64,000 nucleotides of DNA from a virus. Taxonomy: Duplodnaviria > Caudoviricetes. The stretch lies in IMG/VR virus record IMGVR_UViG_3300028048_000071, positions 32,001 to 96,000 of that record. One strand, written 5' to 3'. The notes beneath the pieces were generated by a model. That model ran no database searches, was not told the DNA's origin, and saw only the letters and a list, made by a program, of their open reading frames with translations. The position numbers were made by a program, and so were the translations under genes. Of the stretch, positions 51,440 to 58,738 are shown one piece after another (the stretch's first letter is position 1; each line of letters begins with the position of its first letter).

Positions 51440-51850
51440 ATGAAGATTAATAAAGATTTAATCGTAGAGGGTACAAATCATACATTAGAAGATATACCTT
51501 TTGATATTGATTTATCTGATGTGTATTCTACAAATGAAACAAAAACAAATAAGGTTTGGATAGATAACAGACCTATATATAGAAGAGTCGTTACCGGTAC
51601 AGTTACCGCTGCAGGTCAAGGACAAACTGTAACCACTATAAGTAATATAAGACAAATCTTGACTATAAGAGGAGTTATGTATTCTAATTATGGTCAATGG
51701 TGGAATATTCCTAATTATCACGGAGAAGCAGGATATGTAAATTCCATATACTGCGATGCAAATGGAAGAGTCAATTTAGGAGTTGGGAACTTTTATAGTG
51801 CCGGTAAACCTTTTATAATTATTTTAGAGTATACAAAATCTACTGACTAA
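51440..51850 (+). CDS. cassette 3: tail-tip module (paralogue of cassette 1)
   Basis: MKINKDL start at 51440; YSTNETKTNKVWIDNRPIYRRV...LEYTK; no local SD. Confidence 0.75.
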   Translation: MKINKDLIVEGTNHTLEDIPFDIDLSDVYSTNETKTNKVWIDNRPIYRRVVTGTVTAAGQGQTVTTISNIRQILTIRGVMYSNYGQWWNIPNYHGEAGYVNSIYCDANGRVNLGVGNFYSAGKPFIIILEYTKSTD

Positions 51851-51886
51851 CATTGTCTGAACGGCAAAAAAAATAATGCCGATTCT

Positions 51887-52309
51887 ATGAAAATAAACAA
51901 AGACTTAATTATTAGTGATACAAATTATACTTTAGGAGATGTTGCTGATTTTATATCAAATAAAATAGAAATTAAAGAGCTTGCTTCTACAACAGGAAGT
52001 GGCGAAAACATTACAATAGATTTGACCGATAGTTATAAAAATTATGACTTTTTATTAGTTCAATGGAGTCCATATTCTTTATATGGGAATATTGATTTTT
52101 ATATTATAGATACTGCTACAATTTTATCTACACAATATGGAAATTATCCTTATGAAACCGGACACCTTCAAACAACATCAGTATGGTCAAATGTCGTATT
52201 TGGCTTTTCATCAACAACTAGATTTATAGCTAAATGTGCAAATACAGGAACTTGGGGAAAAGGTTCTTTTAAAATAATTTCTATTAAAGGAATAAAATTA
52301 CCTCACTAA
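51887..52309 (+). CDS. cassette 4: tail-tip module
   Basis: MKINKDL N-terminus; LTDSYKNYDFLLV...IKGIK; no local SD. Confidence 0.72.
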   Translation: MKINKDLIISDTNYTLGDVADFISNKIEIKELASTTGSGENITIDLTDSYKNYDFLLVQWSPYSLYGNIDFYIIDTATILSTQYGNYPYETGHLQTTSVWSNVVFGFSSTTRFIAKCANTGTWGKGSFKIISIKGIKLPH

Positions 52310-52354
52310 TCACATAATAGAGCGACCGCTCGTAAATGAGCAAAAGCGAATTAA

Positions 52355-52732
52355 ATGATTATAAACACAGATTTAATCTACCCTATCGGTAGTATATATT
52401 TAAGCGTCAACGCAACCAATCCGTCAAAGTATTTTGGCGGAGCTTGGGAGCAAATTACATCAGACGCATATTTAAAGATAGTAACTCAAAATGCTGGTTC
52501 TTTAGGTGGAACCAGTGTAGACCACAAGATACCTATTGAAAGTATGCCTAGTCACGACCACGGTGTGTACGGAGCATTAACTGGAGAAAATAAACCTATT
52601 ACCAATACTGGTAATGATTGGGGAGTTAATACAACACACGGATGGACTACAAATGCCATTTCAAAGACTGGCGGTGGACAGGCTTACTATCCTTATTACT
52701 ATGGCGTTTATGTTTGGAAAAGAACTGCTTAA
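52355..52732 (+). CDS. cassette 5: gp10-C/tail-collar-like module
   Basis: MIINTDL-IYPIGSIY...FGGAWE...MPSHDH...VYVWKRTA; no local SD. Confidence 0.78.
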   Translation: MIINTDLIYPIGSIYLSVNATNPSKYFGGAWEQITSDAYLKIVTQNAGSLGGTSVDHKIPIESMPSHDHGVYGALTGENKPITNTGNDWGVNTTHGWTTNAISKTGGGQAYYPYYYGVYVWKRTA

Positions 52733-52775
52733 ATATACTCTCTTATGATGTTTTGAAGATTTAGATACAAATCTT

Positions 52776-53165
52776 ATGATTATAAATACAAATATGTTGT
52801 TAGCAGCCTATCCTGTAGGTTCGCTATATTTAACAACAAATGAAATAAACCCAGGAACCTTATTTGGTGGAACCTGGGAAAAATTGACTGGGGATGCTTA
52901 TCTTAAAATAGTGACAAGTAATCCTGGTCAATATGATGGTACGTCAGACCAACATAAAATACCTATCAATAGTATGCCTTCTCACAGACACGGTAATAGA
53001 GTTACTTTAAATATGTCTCAAGGTGCTGGTCAAGATAGAAGCCTTGTAGTTGGTGGAGGTCAAGTATGGAATACTGCGGACAATTATCAAAATCAATTTG
53101 TTGGTGGTGGACAACCTTATTATCCATATTATTATGGTATTTATGTTTGGAGACGTACAGCATAA
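52776..53165 (+). CDS. cassette 6: gp10-C/tail-collar-like module
   Basis: MIINTNML-AYPVGSLY...FGGTWE...MPSHRH...WRRTA; no local SD. Confidence 0.78.
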   Translation: MIINTNMLLAAYPVGSLYLTTNEINPGTLFGGTWEKLTGDAYLKIVTSNPGQYDGTSDQHKIPINSMPSHRHGNRVTLNMSQGAGQDRSLVVGGGQVWNTADNYQNQFVGGGQPYYPYYYGIYVWRRTA

Positions 53166-53193
53166 TCGGAATTGCTTAATGCAATAAAACTTT

Positions 53194-53367
53194 ATGAAAA
53201 ATATTTTATTAAATAAAATCCTTCACATCGGGGGGGGGCAGAAATGTCTGCTCTTCACAAGAAAGGAGGGTTGGCTATTATTTTGTAACGTCAACTCTTC
53301 AAGGAATGGAGGTGGCAGACATTTAATATCTGCTATCTCTTGTGGAGGTGTAATCTTATGCAAATAA
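53194..53367 (+). CDS. leader peptide 2 (57 aa in current G9 state; not in ORF track)
   Basis: MKNILLNKILHI-GGG-QK...ILCK*; no local SD; stop lies just inside cassette 7 start. Confidence 0.72.
   Translation: MKNILLNKILHIGGGQKCLLFTRKEGWLLFCNVNSSRNGGGRHLISAISCGGVILCK
53230..53238 (+). repeat. poly-G tract 4 (G9)
   Basis: ATC-GGGGGGGGG-C after codon 12 of leader 2. Confidence 0.9.
53230..53361 (+). promoter_or_regulatory. RBS bank 2: three SD modules
   Basis: AAAGGAGGG 53262, GGAGGTG 53308, GGAGGTG 53344; first two in hairpins without a cassette ATG. Confidence 0.8.
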
Positions 53368-53750
53368 ACGTAGATTTAATATATCCTATAGGTTCTTTAT
53401 ATTTAACAACGTCTACTGTATCACCAGCAGTTTTGTTTGGTGGTACTTGGGAACGCATTAAAGGTAGATGTATTGTAGGTGTAGACGAAAATGACACCGA
53501 CTTTAATACTGTTAGTAAAACCGGCGGTGAAAAAACACATACATTGACTGTGGATGAAATGCCAGCACACAATCACAATATTCAAGGTGCGATGAATGGT
53601 GCTTCTGGAAGTAGTTGGTGTGTTGCTTTAAATAGTGATAGAAGCGTAAACTGGTCTATCACTAATGGGTCACAAAATAAAGGTGGTGGACAAGCACATA
53701 ACAATCTACAACCTTATTACACTGCTTATATATGGCGAAGAACCGCATAA
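53358..53750 (+). CDS. cassette 7: gp10-C/tail-collar-like module
   Basis: MQINVDL-IYPIGSLY...GGEKTHTLT..EMPAHNH...AHNNLQPY...WRRTA; own SD. Confidence 0.8.
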   Translation: MQINVDLIYPIGSLYLTTSTVSPAVLFGGTWERIKGRCIVGVDENDTDFNTVSKTGGEKTHTLTVDEMPAHNHNIQGAMNGASGSSWCVALNSDRSVNWSITNGSQNKGGGQAHNNLQPYYTAYIWRRTA

Positions 53751-53781
53751 GATTACTTAGATATTAAATTGTCGAATAATT

Positions 53782-54159
53782 ATGAAAATAAACTTAGATT
53801 TTATATATCCTGTTGGAAGTATTTATATGAGTGTTAATGCTACAAATCCAGGAATTTTATTTGGAGGAACTTGGACTCAATTAAAAGATAGGTTCTTACT
53901 TGGTGCTGGAAATACATATTCCGCTGGAGATACTGGTGGAGAGGCAACTCATACGTTAACTTATAATGAAATGCCTCAACATAGTCACACATTGTATAAT
54001 GAAAATGCAAGTGGATGGACTTTAAGTAAAGCATCTTTAAAAACAGGAACAAATAAAGGATATTCTGGTAATATCCAAATTGGAGATGCTGGAGGTAATC
54101 AAGCACATAATAATATGCCTCCATATCTAGTAGTCTATATGTGGAAAAGAACTGCATAA
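53782..54159 (+). CDS. cassette 8: gp10-C/tail-collar-like module
   Basis: MKINLDF-IYPVGSIY...GGEATHTLT..EMPQHSH...WKRTA; no local SD. Confidence 0.8.
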   Translation: MKINLDFIYPVGSIYMSVNATNPGILFGGTWTQLKDRFLLGAGNTYSAGDTGGEATHTLTYNEMPQHSHTLYNENASGWTLSKASLKTGTNKGYSGNIQIGDAGGNQAHNNMPPYLVVYMWKRTA

Positions 54160-54205
54160 ATTATTTTGACAAAAAGAGTTGACACTAAAATAATAGTGTT
54201 ATAAT

Positions 54206-54634
54206 ATGAAAATAAATGAAGATTTAATAATTAATGGAACGGATTTAAATTTAAATGATATAGTACAAAAAATATCGGCACTTGAAAAATATCAAGTAGA
54301 ATATAATGCTGATTCAATTACTTTGACATTTACAAATAAATATCCTTGTATAGCAATTACATATATGTCTCACGCAGGATGGGGATTTGGAGGAAATGAA
54401 TGGATTTGGAATGCTGATTTAACTAATTCTGTTCATTTAGGTTATACTAAAGCCTATGTTAATGGTAATGACTTATTATCAAGATTTATGAGTTCTGTGT
54501 CAATTAACTATTGTCCAACTGCGGGAGTAGAACATACAACTGTAAGAACTACAACCAAGGGTAACTCTGGTAATAGCAATGGACAATCAGTATGTGTTAT
54601 TTGTTTACCATTAATAACTAATTCAAAAGAATAA
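54206..54634 (+). CDS. cassette 9: tail-tip module of a different type
   Basis: MKINEDLIINGT N-terminus shared with cassettes 1,3,4; no local SD. Confidence 0.68.
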   Translation: MKINEDLIINGTDLNLNDIVQKISALEKYQVEYNADSITLTFTNKYPCIAITYMSHAGWGFGGNEWIWNADLTNSVHLGYTKAYVNGNDLLSRFMSSVSINYCPTAGVEHTTVRTTTKGNSGNSNGQSVCVICLPLITNSKE

Positions 54635-54656
54635 TTATAAGAAATAGAGTAAAATG

Positions 54657-54701
54657 AAAGGGGAATAACTTAACTAAAATTTTTGTTATTTCCTTTTTTT
54701 T
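54657..54701 (+). terminator. intrinsic terminator ending the late/cassette operon
   Basis: AAAGGGGAATAAC...GTTATTTCCTTT then T run. Confidence 0.7.
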
Positions 54702-54706
54702 ACCGC

Positions 54707-54735
54707 TTGACATTATCTTCTTTTTGTGCTATAAT
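54707..54735 (+). promoter_or_regulatory. sigma-A promoter for modification/replication operon
   Basis: perfect TTGACA-17 bp-TATAAT with extended TG. Confidence 0.88.
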
Positions 54736-54794
54736 GCAATTACAATAGAAGGGAGATAATGTGAGGAGACAATACAAGAAGGGGTGAAACAACA

Positions 54795-54965
54795 ATGAAG
54801 AAATATTTATTGTATTTATTACGATGGCAATTGTCTACTCCAATTTTAGCTATTGTTTTATATATATTCAAAACAAATGAAATTTTAGAAACCATAATAG
54901 CCAATTTAATTGGTGGTCTAATTTTCTTTTGGGTTGATAAATGGATATTTAAAGAAAAGAGGTGA
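54795..54965 (+). CDS. small membrane protein (56 aa; not in ORF track)
   Basis: GGGGTGA SD; MKKYLLYLLRWQLSTPIL...ANLIGGLIFFWVDKWIF. Confidence 0.7.
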   Translation: MKKYLLYLLRWQLSTPILAIVLYIFKTNEILETIIANLIGGLIFFWVDKWIFKEKR

Positions 54966-54971
54966 GTTGGA

Positions 54972-55172
54972 ATGAATAATGATTTTCTAAACGATGATAT
55001 TAAAGATGCTCTTATTGAAAGAGATGGATTTAGACAGCAAGTTGAAGATTTAACTAAAATATTAAAAGAAATTCATCTTTATTTGGTGGGGAGATTTAAT
55101 GAGACTCAAGATACAAAATATTTAGATGACTTAATTAAATTCCAAGAAATGTGTGGTGACTATTATGGATGA
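54972..55172 (+). CDS. hypothetical protein
   Basis: 66 aa, GAGGTG SD. Confidence 0.65.
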   Translation: MNNDFLNDDIKDALIERDGFRQQVEDLTKILKEIHLYLVGRFNETQDTKYLDDLIKFQEMCGDYYG

Positions 55173-56145
55173 TAGTCAATATATTATACAGATAATTAAA
55201 TCTGACAGAGAGTACCCTTATGGGCAATGTATAACACCTAAAGAAATTATTCATAAAGATAGTATTACATCGGAGGATATTATTATTGTAAATGATAAAC
55301 TTAATAAACTTGATGATATTGACTTATATTTAGTAGATTTAAAAGTTAAATTTGCACAAATAAATCCTGAAAAATATTATTTAAGTTACTCTGGAGGAAA
55401 AGATAGTCACTTGCTTTATTGGTTCATTAAAAATTATCTAAAATGCAATGATATTAAAATTATAGGGATAAATACTTATATGGAAAATCCTCAAATCCTA
55501 AAAAGAATTATTAAAAATAGTGATAAGGTTTTACTGCCTACTCTTAAACCATTTGAGATAAAAGAAAAATACGGAATTCCTTGTTTTAGTAAAGAACAAG
55601 ATTTCTATATATATTATTATCAGAATGCACTTAGAAAAGGTAAAAAACCTAGCAAAACAATACAACAGAAAATTGATGGGACTTATGATAAAGGATTTAG
55701 TGGTATTTCTAAAAAGGCAAGAGAATATGTAAAAAGTGGTAATGCTCACAATATAACTCACTTGTGTTGCTATTATTTAAAGAAAAAACCAGCACACGAC
55801 TTTGAAAAAGAAACTGGTTTAAAGCCTATATTGGGAATTAGAAGTGAAGAATCTGCTTTAAGAAAAAGACAGTATACAACTTGCTTTTCTAAAAATGGTA
55901 AATTCACGCCAATACATAATTTAACAGATGACATTTTAGAAGGAATCATATCTAAATATAATATAGAAGTTCCAGAAATATATAATCATATAAAGAGGAC
56001 TGGATGTGAAGGTTGTCCTTATGGTAGTTATTATCACGAAACAGAAAAAGAACTTGAATTAATGACTCCAGCCAAAAAGAAGTTTGTTTGTGAGTTGTTT
56101 AAAGAAAGTTATGAAGTTTTAGGAATTGAGGTGAAGGAAGAATGA
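55165..56145 (+). CDS. PAPS reductase-family (PP-loop, Fe-S) protein
   Basis: SYSGGKDS PP-loop, CCYYLKKKP, GIRSEES..R, RTGCEGCP. Confidence 0.85.
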   Translation: MDDSQYIIQIIKSDREYPYGQCITPKEIIHKDSITSEDIIIVNDKLNKLDDIDLYLVDLKVKFAQINPEKYYLSYSGGKDSHLLYWFIKNYLKCNDIKIIGINTYMENPQILKRIIKNSDKVLLPTLKPFEIKEKYGIPCFSKEQDFYIYYYQNALRKGKKPSKTIQQKIDGTYDKGFSGISKKAREYVKSGNAHNITHLCCYYLKKKPAHDFEKETGLKPILGIRSEESALRKRQYTTCFSKNGKFTPIHNLTDDILEGIISKYNIEVPEIYNHIKRTGCEGCPYGSYYHETEKELELMTPAKKKFVCELFKESYEVLGIEVKEE

Positions 56146-57212
56146 GTCGTAAAAATATTAACTTTGATGTCAATGCAACAGAGAAGCCCGATAAACACGT
56201 TTTAAGGACGATGTGGCGACTTTATCGTCACGGGTATGCAAACCCTAATGCAACATATAAAGACGCTAGAATGACCGCAGAATTGATTGAGACGGCACGT
56301 GAGAAGGTTGCAAAAGCTTTAGGTTGTTATCCGGATGAAATATTCTTTACAAGTGGAGCATCGGAATCAAATAGTTGGATTCAAGCAAATTTTATTTTGA
56401 CTGTTGATGATAGGTCGCATCACTCTTTTGAAAGAATGGTTGGAATTAATCAATATGGTAAAGTAAAGACAATACCTTTAGTTGTTAGTGAAACTGGTGA
56501 ATGGCTCATTAATGAAGTAAAGGCTAATCCAAAACAAGAATACTTCCTTGATATGACACAAGGAATTGGTAAAATGAAAATAAATTTACACGATATGCCA
56601 AATGTAATTTATGCTAGTGCTTCAGGGCATAAATTTGGTGGAATTTTAGGTTGTGGAATACTCTATATAAGACACGATAAACAATCTAAAGTAAGACCAT
56701 TAATTGTTGGAAGTCAAGAAAAAGGAATTAGAGGAGGAACTCAAAATGTTCCGGCGATAGTTTGTTTTGGAGAAGCAATAGAAAAAGCGATGAAAGATAT
56801 TGATAAGAATCAAGATAAAATTAGAAAAGTTACAAATTACATATATACTAAAATAAAAACAGGAGATGCTATCCCGGTGGATGACACGCCGTTATTTATA
56901 TATAAGAGCATACCTGTAGATGTGCGTATGGCTGAGCCATATACAAATGTTATTAATATTACGTTCAATTATCTTACTGCAACGGCTGCGGTACAGATTT
57001 TTGATAAATTAGGTTTCAATATTAGTGCTGGTAGTGCCTGCAATTCGGAATCAGAAAGACCGTCAGAGGCTTATTTAGCAAGTGGGTACACGGAAGATGA
57101 GGCTATGAGGACTATTAGGATTTCAGTAGGTAAAAACAACACTATAAAAGAAGCCAAGAAATTCATAAAGGCTTTAAAAAAGGTTGTCGCACTTTATGAT
57201 GAAGAAGATTAG
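56142..57212 (+). CDS. iscS: cysteine desulfurase (IscS/NifS/DndA-like)
   Basis: YANP, IFFTSGASESN, SGHKFGG (PLP lysine), GGTQNV, SAGSACNS (catalytic Cys), IRISVG. Confidence 0.88.
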   Translation: MSRKNINFDVNATEKPDKHVLRTMWRLYRHGYANPNATYKDARMTAELIETAREKVAKALGCYPDEIFFTSGASESNSWIQANFILTVDDRSHHSFERMVGINQYGKVKTIPLVVSETGEWLINEVKANPKQEYFLDMTQGIGKMKINLHDMPNVIYASASGHKFGGILGCGILYIRHDKQSKVRPLIVGSQEKGIRGGTQNVPAIVCFGEAIEKAMKDIDKNQDKIRKVTNYIYTKIKTGDAIPVDDTPLFIYKSIPVDVRMAEPYTNVINITFNYLTATAAVQIFDKLGFNISAGSACNSESERPSEAYLASGYTEDEAMRTIRISVGKNNTIKEAKKFIKALKKVVALYDEED

Positions 57213-57242
57213 GAAATTCTGAAAGGAGGAAACGAGAGAGTT

Positions 57243-58133
57243 ATGGCAGGATTTCAAAAAGCAAAAAAGGAAAAAGTTTGGACAAAAGTATTATTGGGAG
57301 GAGCAAGTGGTAGTGGTAAGTCTTACTCGGCATTAAGACTAGCGACAGGATTGGCTAATAAAACTGGGTCAAGAATTGCAGCTATCGACACAGAAGCAGG
57401 ACGTATAAGATATTATGCTAATGAATTTGATTTTGATGATATGCAATTAGAAGAGCCTTATACTCCACAAAAGTATATTGATGCTATTGATGAGGCAATT
57501 AAAGGTGGTTACCAAATATTGATAATTGATAGTATCTCACACGAATGGAATTATTGTGTTGAAACACACGATAAAATGCCAGGAAATTCTTATACAAATT
57601 GGGCAAAAATTACACCAATGCACGACCGTTTTATGGAAAAAGTATTACAATCACCTTTACATATTATTGCGACAGTACGTGGTAAAGATGAATATGTACT
57701 TGAAGAAAAAAACGGAAAACAAGCACCAAAGAAAGTTGGTCTTGGTTATAAACAAAGAGACGGTGTTGAATATAATTATACAGTTACATTCAACATAGAC
57801 CAAGAAACACATATTAGTAGTGTTTCAAAAGATAATACTCATATCTTTGAAGGAAAATTTGAAGTTTTAACAGAAAAAGATGGAGAAGCATTATATGATT
57901 GGGCTAATTCAGGTGAGACACCAGTTGAAAAAACTTACGATTTACCTAAATTAAGAGAAGATATTATCACAAGAGCAAAAGAATTAGGAGGAAGTAAAAA
58001 TCCAAGTGTTAAAGAATCTTGTGAAAGATTAATTGGAACATTAAATCCAAATAAGTCTGAAGATGGAAAAGCTTTGACTCAATTGTTAGATGAGCTTAAG
58101 GCTATTGAAGTAAGTAAAGAAGGAGATAAATAA
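57243..58133 (+). CDS. AAA_24/Sak4-like recombination ATPase
   Basis: GASGSGKS, IDTE, LIIDSISHEW; upstream of SSB. Confidence 0.8.
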   Translation: MAGFQKAKKEKVWTKVLLGGASGSGKSYSALRLATGLANKTGSRIAAIDTEAGRIRYYANEFDFDDMQLEEPYTPQKYIDAIDEAIKGGYQILIIDSISHEWNYCVETHDKMPGNSYTNWAKITPMHDRFMEKVLQSPLHIIATVRGKDEYVLEEKNGKQAPKKVGLGYKQRDGVEYNYTVTFNIDQETHISSVSKDNTHIFEGKFEVLTEKDGEALYDWANSGETPVEKTYDLPKLREDIITRAKELGGSKNPSVKESCERLIGTLNPNKSEDGKALTQLLDELKAIEVSKEGDK

Positions 58134-58135
58134 TT

Positions 58136-58618
58136 ATGGCAAAAAGATATTATACTGTTTGGTCAGTAGAGTTTGAAAATGATAATAGAGCTAAAGTTTC
58201 TTTATCAAGAAGTCGTAAAGTTAGAGATAATGATTACGATAAATCACTAGAAAATGCTGGTATAGCAAATAATGGTTATATTACAGATTTTAGTGATTCT
58301 TATGTTAATTTTGTTGGAAAGGCAGTAAATCAACTTAAGAAATATGAAATAAAAGAAAGAGACAGAATTTATTGCGATATTGATATTTCAAATGAACCTT
58401 ATGTTGATAAAGATGGTAATAAAGCATATCCAAAAGGATATAAACATACAGTTTATGAATTTGAATTACCAGGAAGTTCAGAAGATGATACAACTCCAGC
58501 TCAAACACCAAAAAATATTGATAGAGAACCAAGAGTAGGAGCAGATGTTCCTGCACCACAAAGTGCACCTGTATCAACTATAGATGATGCTGAGGATGAT
58601 TCAGAATTACCATTCTAG
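58136..58618 (+). CDS. ssb: single-stranded DNA-binding protein
   Basis: OB-fold-like VNFVGKA; acidic C-terminus ending DDSELPF. Confidence 0.75.
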   Translation: MAKRYYTVWSVEFENDNRAKVSLSRSRKVRDNDYDKSLENAGIANNGYITDFSDSYVNFVGKAVNQLKKYEIKERDRIYCDIDISNEPYVDKDGNKAYPKGYKHTVYEFELPGSSEDDTTPAQTPKNIDREPRVGADVPAPQSAPVSTIDDAEDDSELPF

Positions 58619-58738
58619 GACACAACTAATAAGAGAGAATGTGTAAAAGGATGGTGATTGATATGCTTAATGAAGCGATAGCGAATTTGGCATTGAAATT
58701 CGCCAACGAAAGTTATTTTATAAAGGAGGTGGATTTCA

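Noticed and set aside
54179-54205. sigma-A promoter TTGACA...TATAAT before cassette 9
   Set aside because: Spacer is 15 bp and the -10 abuts the ATG, so transcription would start inside the gene; the same bases are explained by pairing with bank 2.
50583-54634. Shufflon/invertase-type or DGR diversification of the cassettes
   Set aside because: All cassettes are on one strand with their own start codons; I see no repeated crossover sites, no recombinase or reverse transcriptase nearby, and no template/variable repeat pair differing at adenines.
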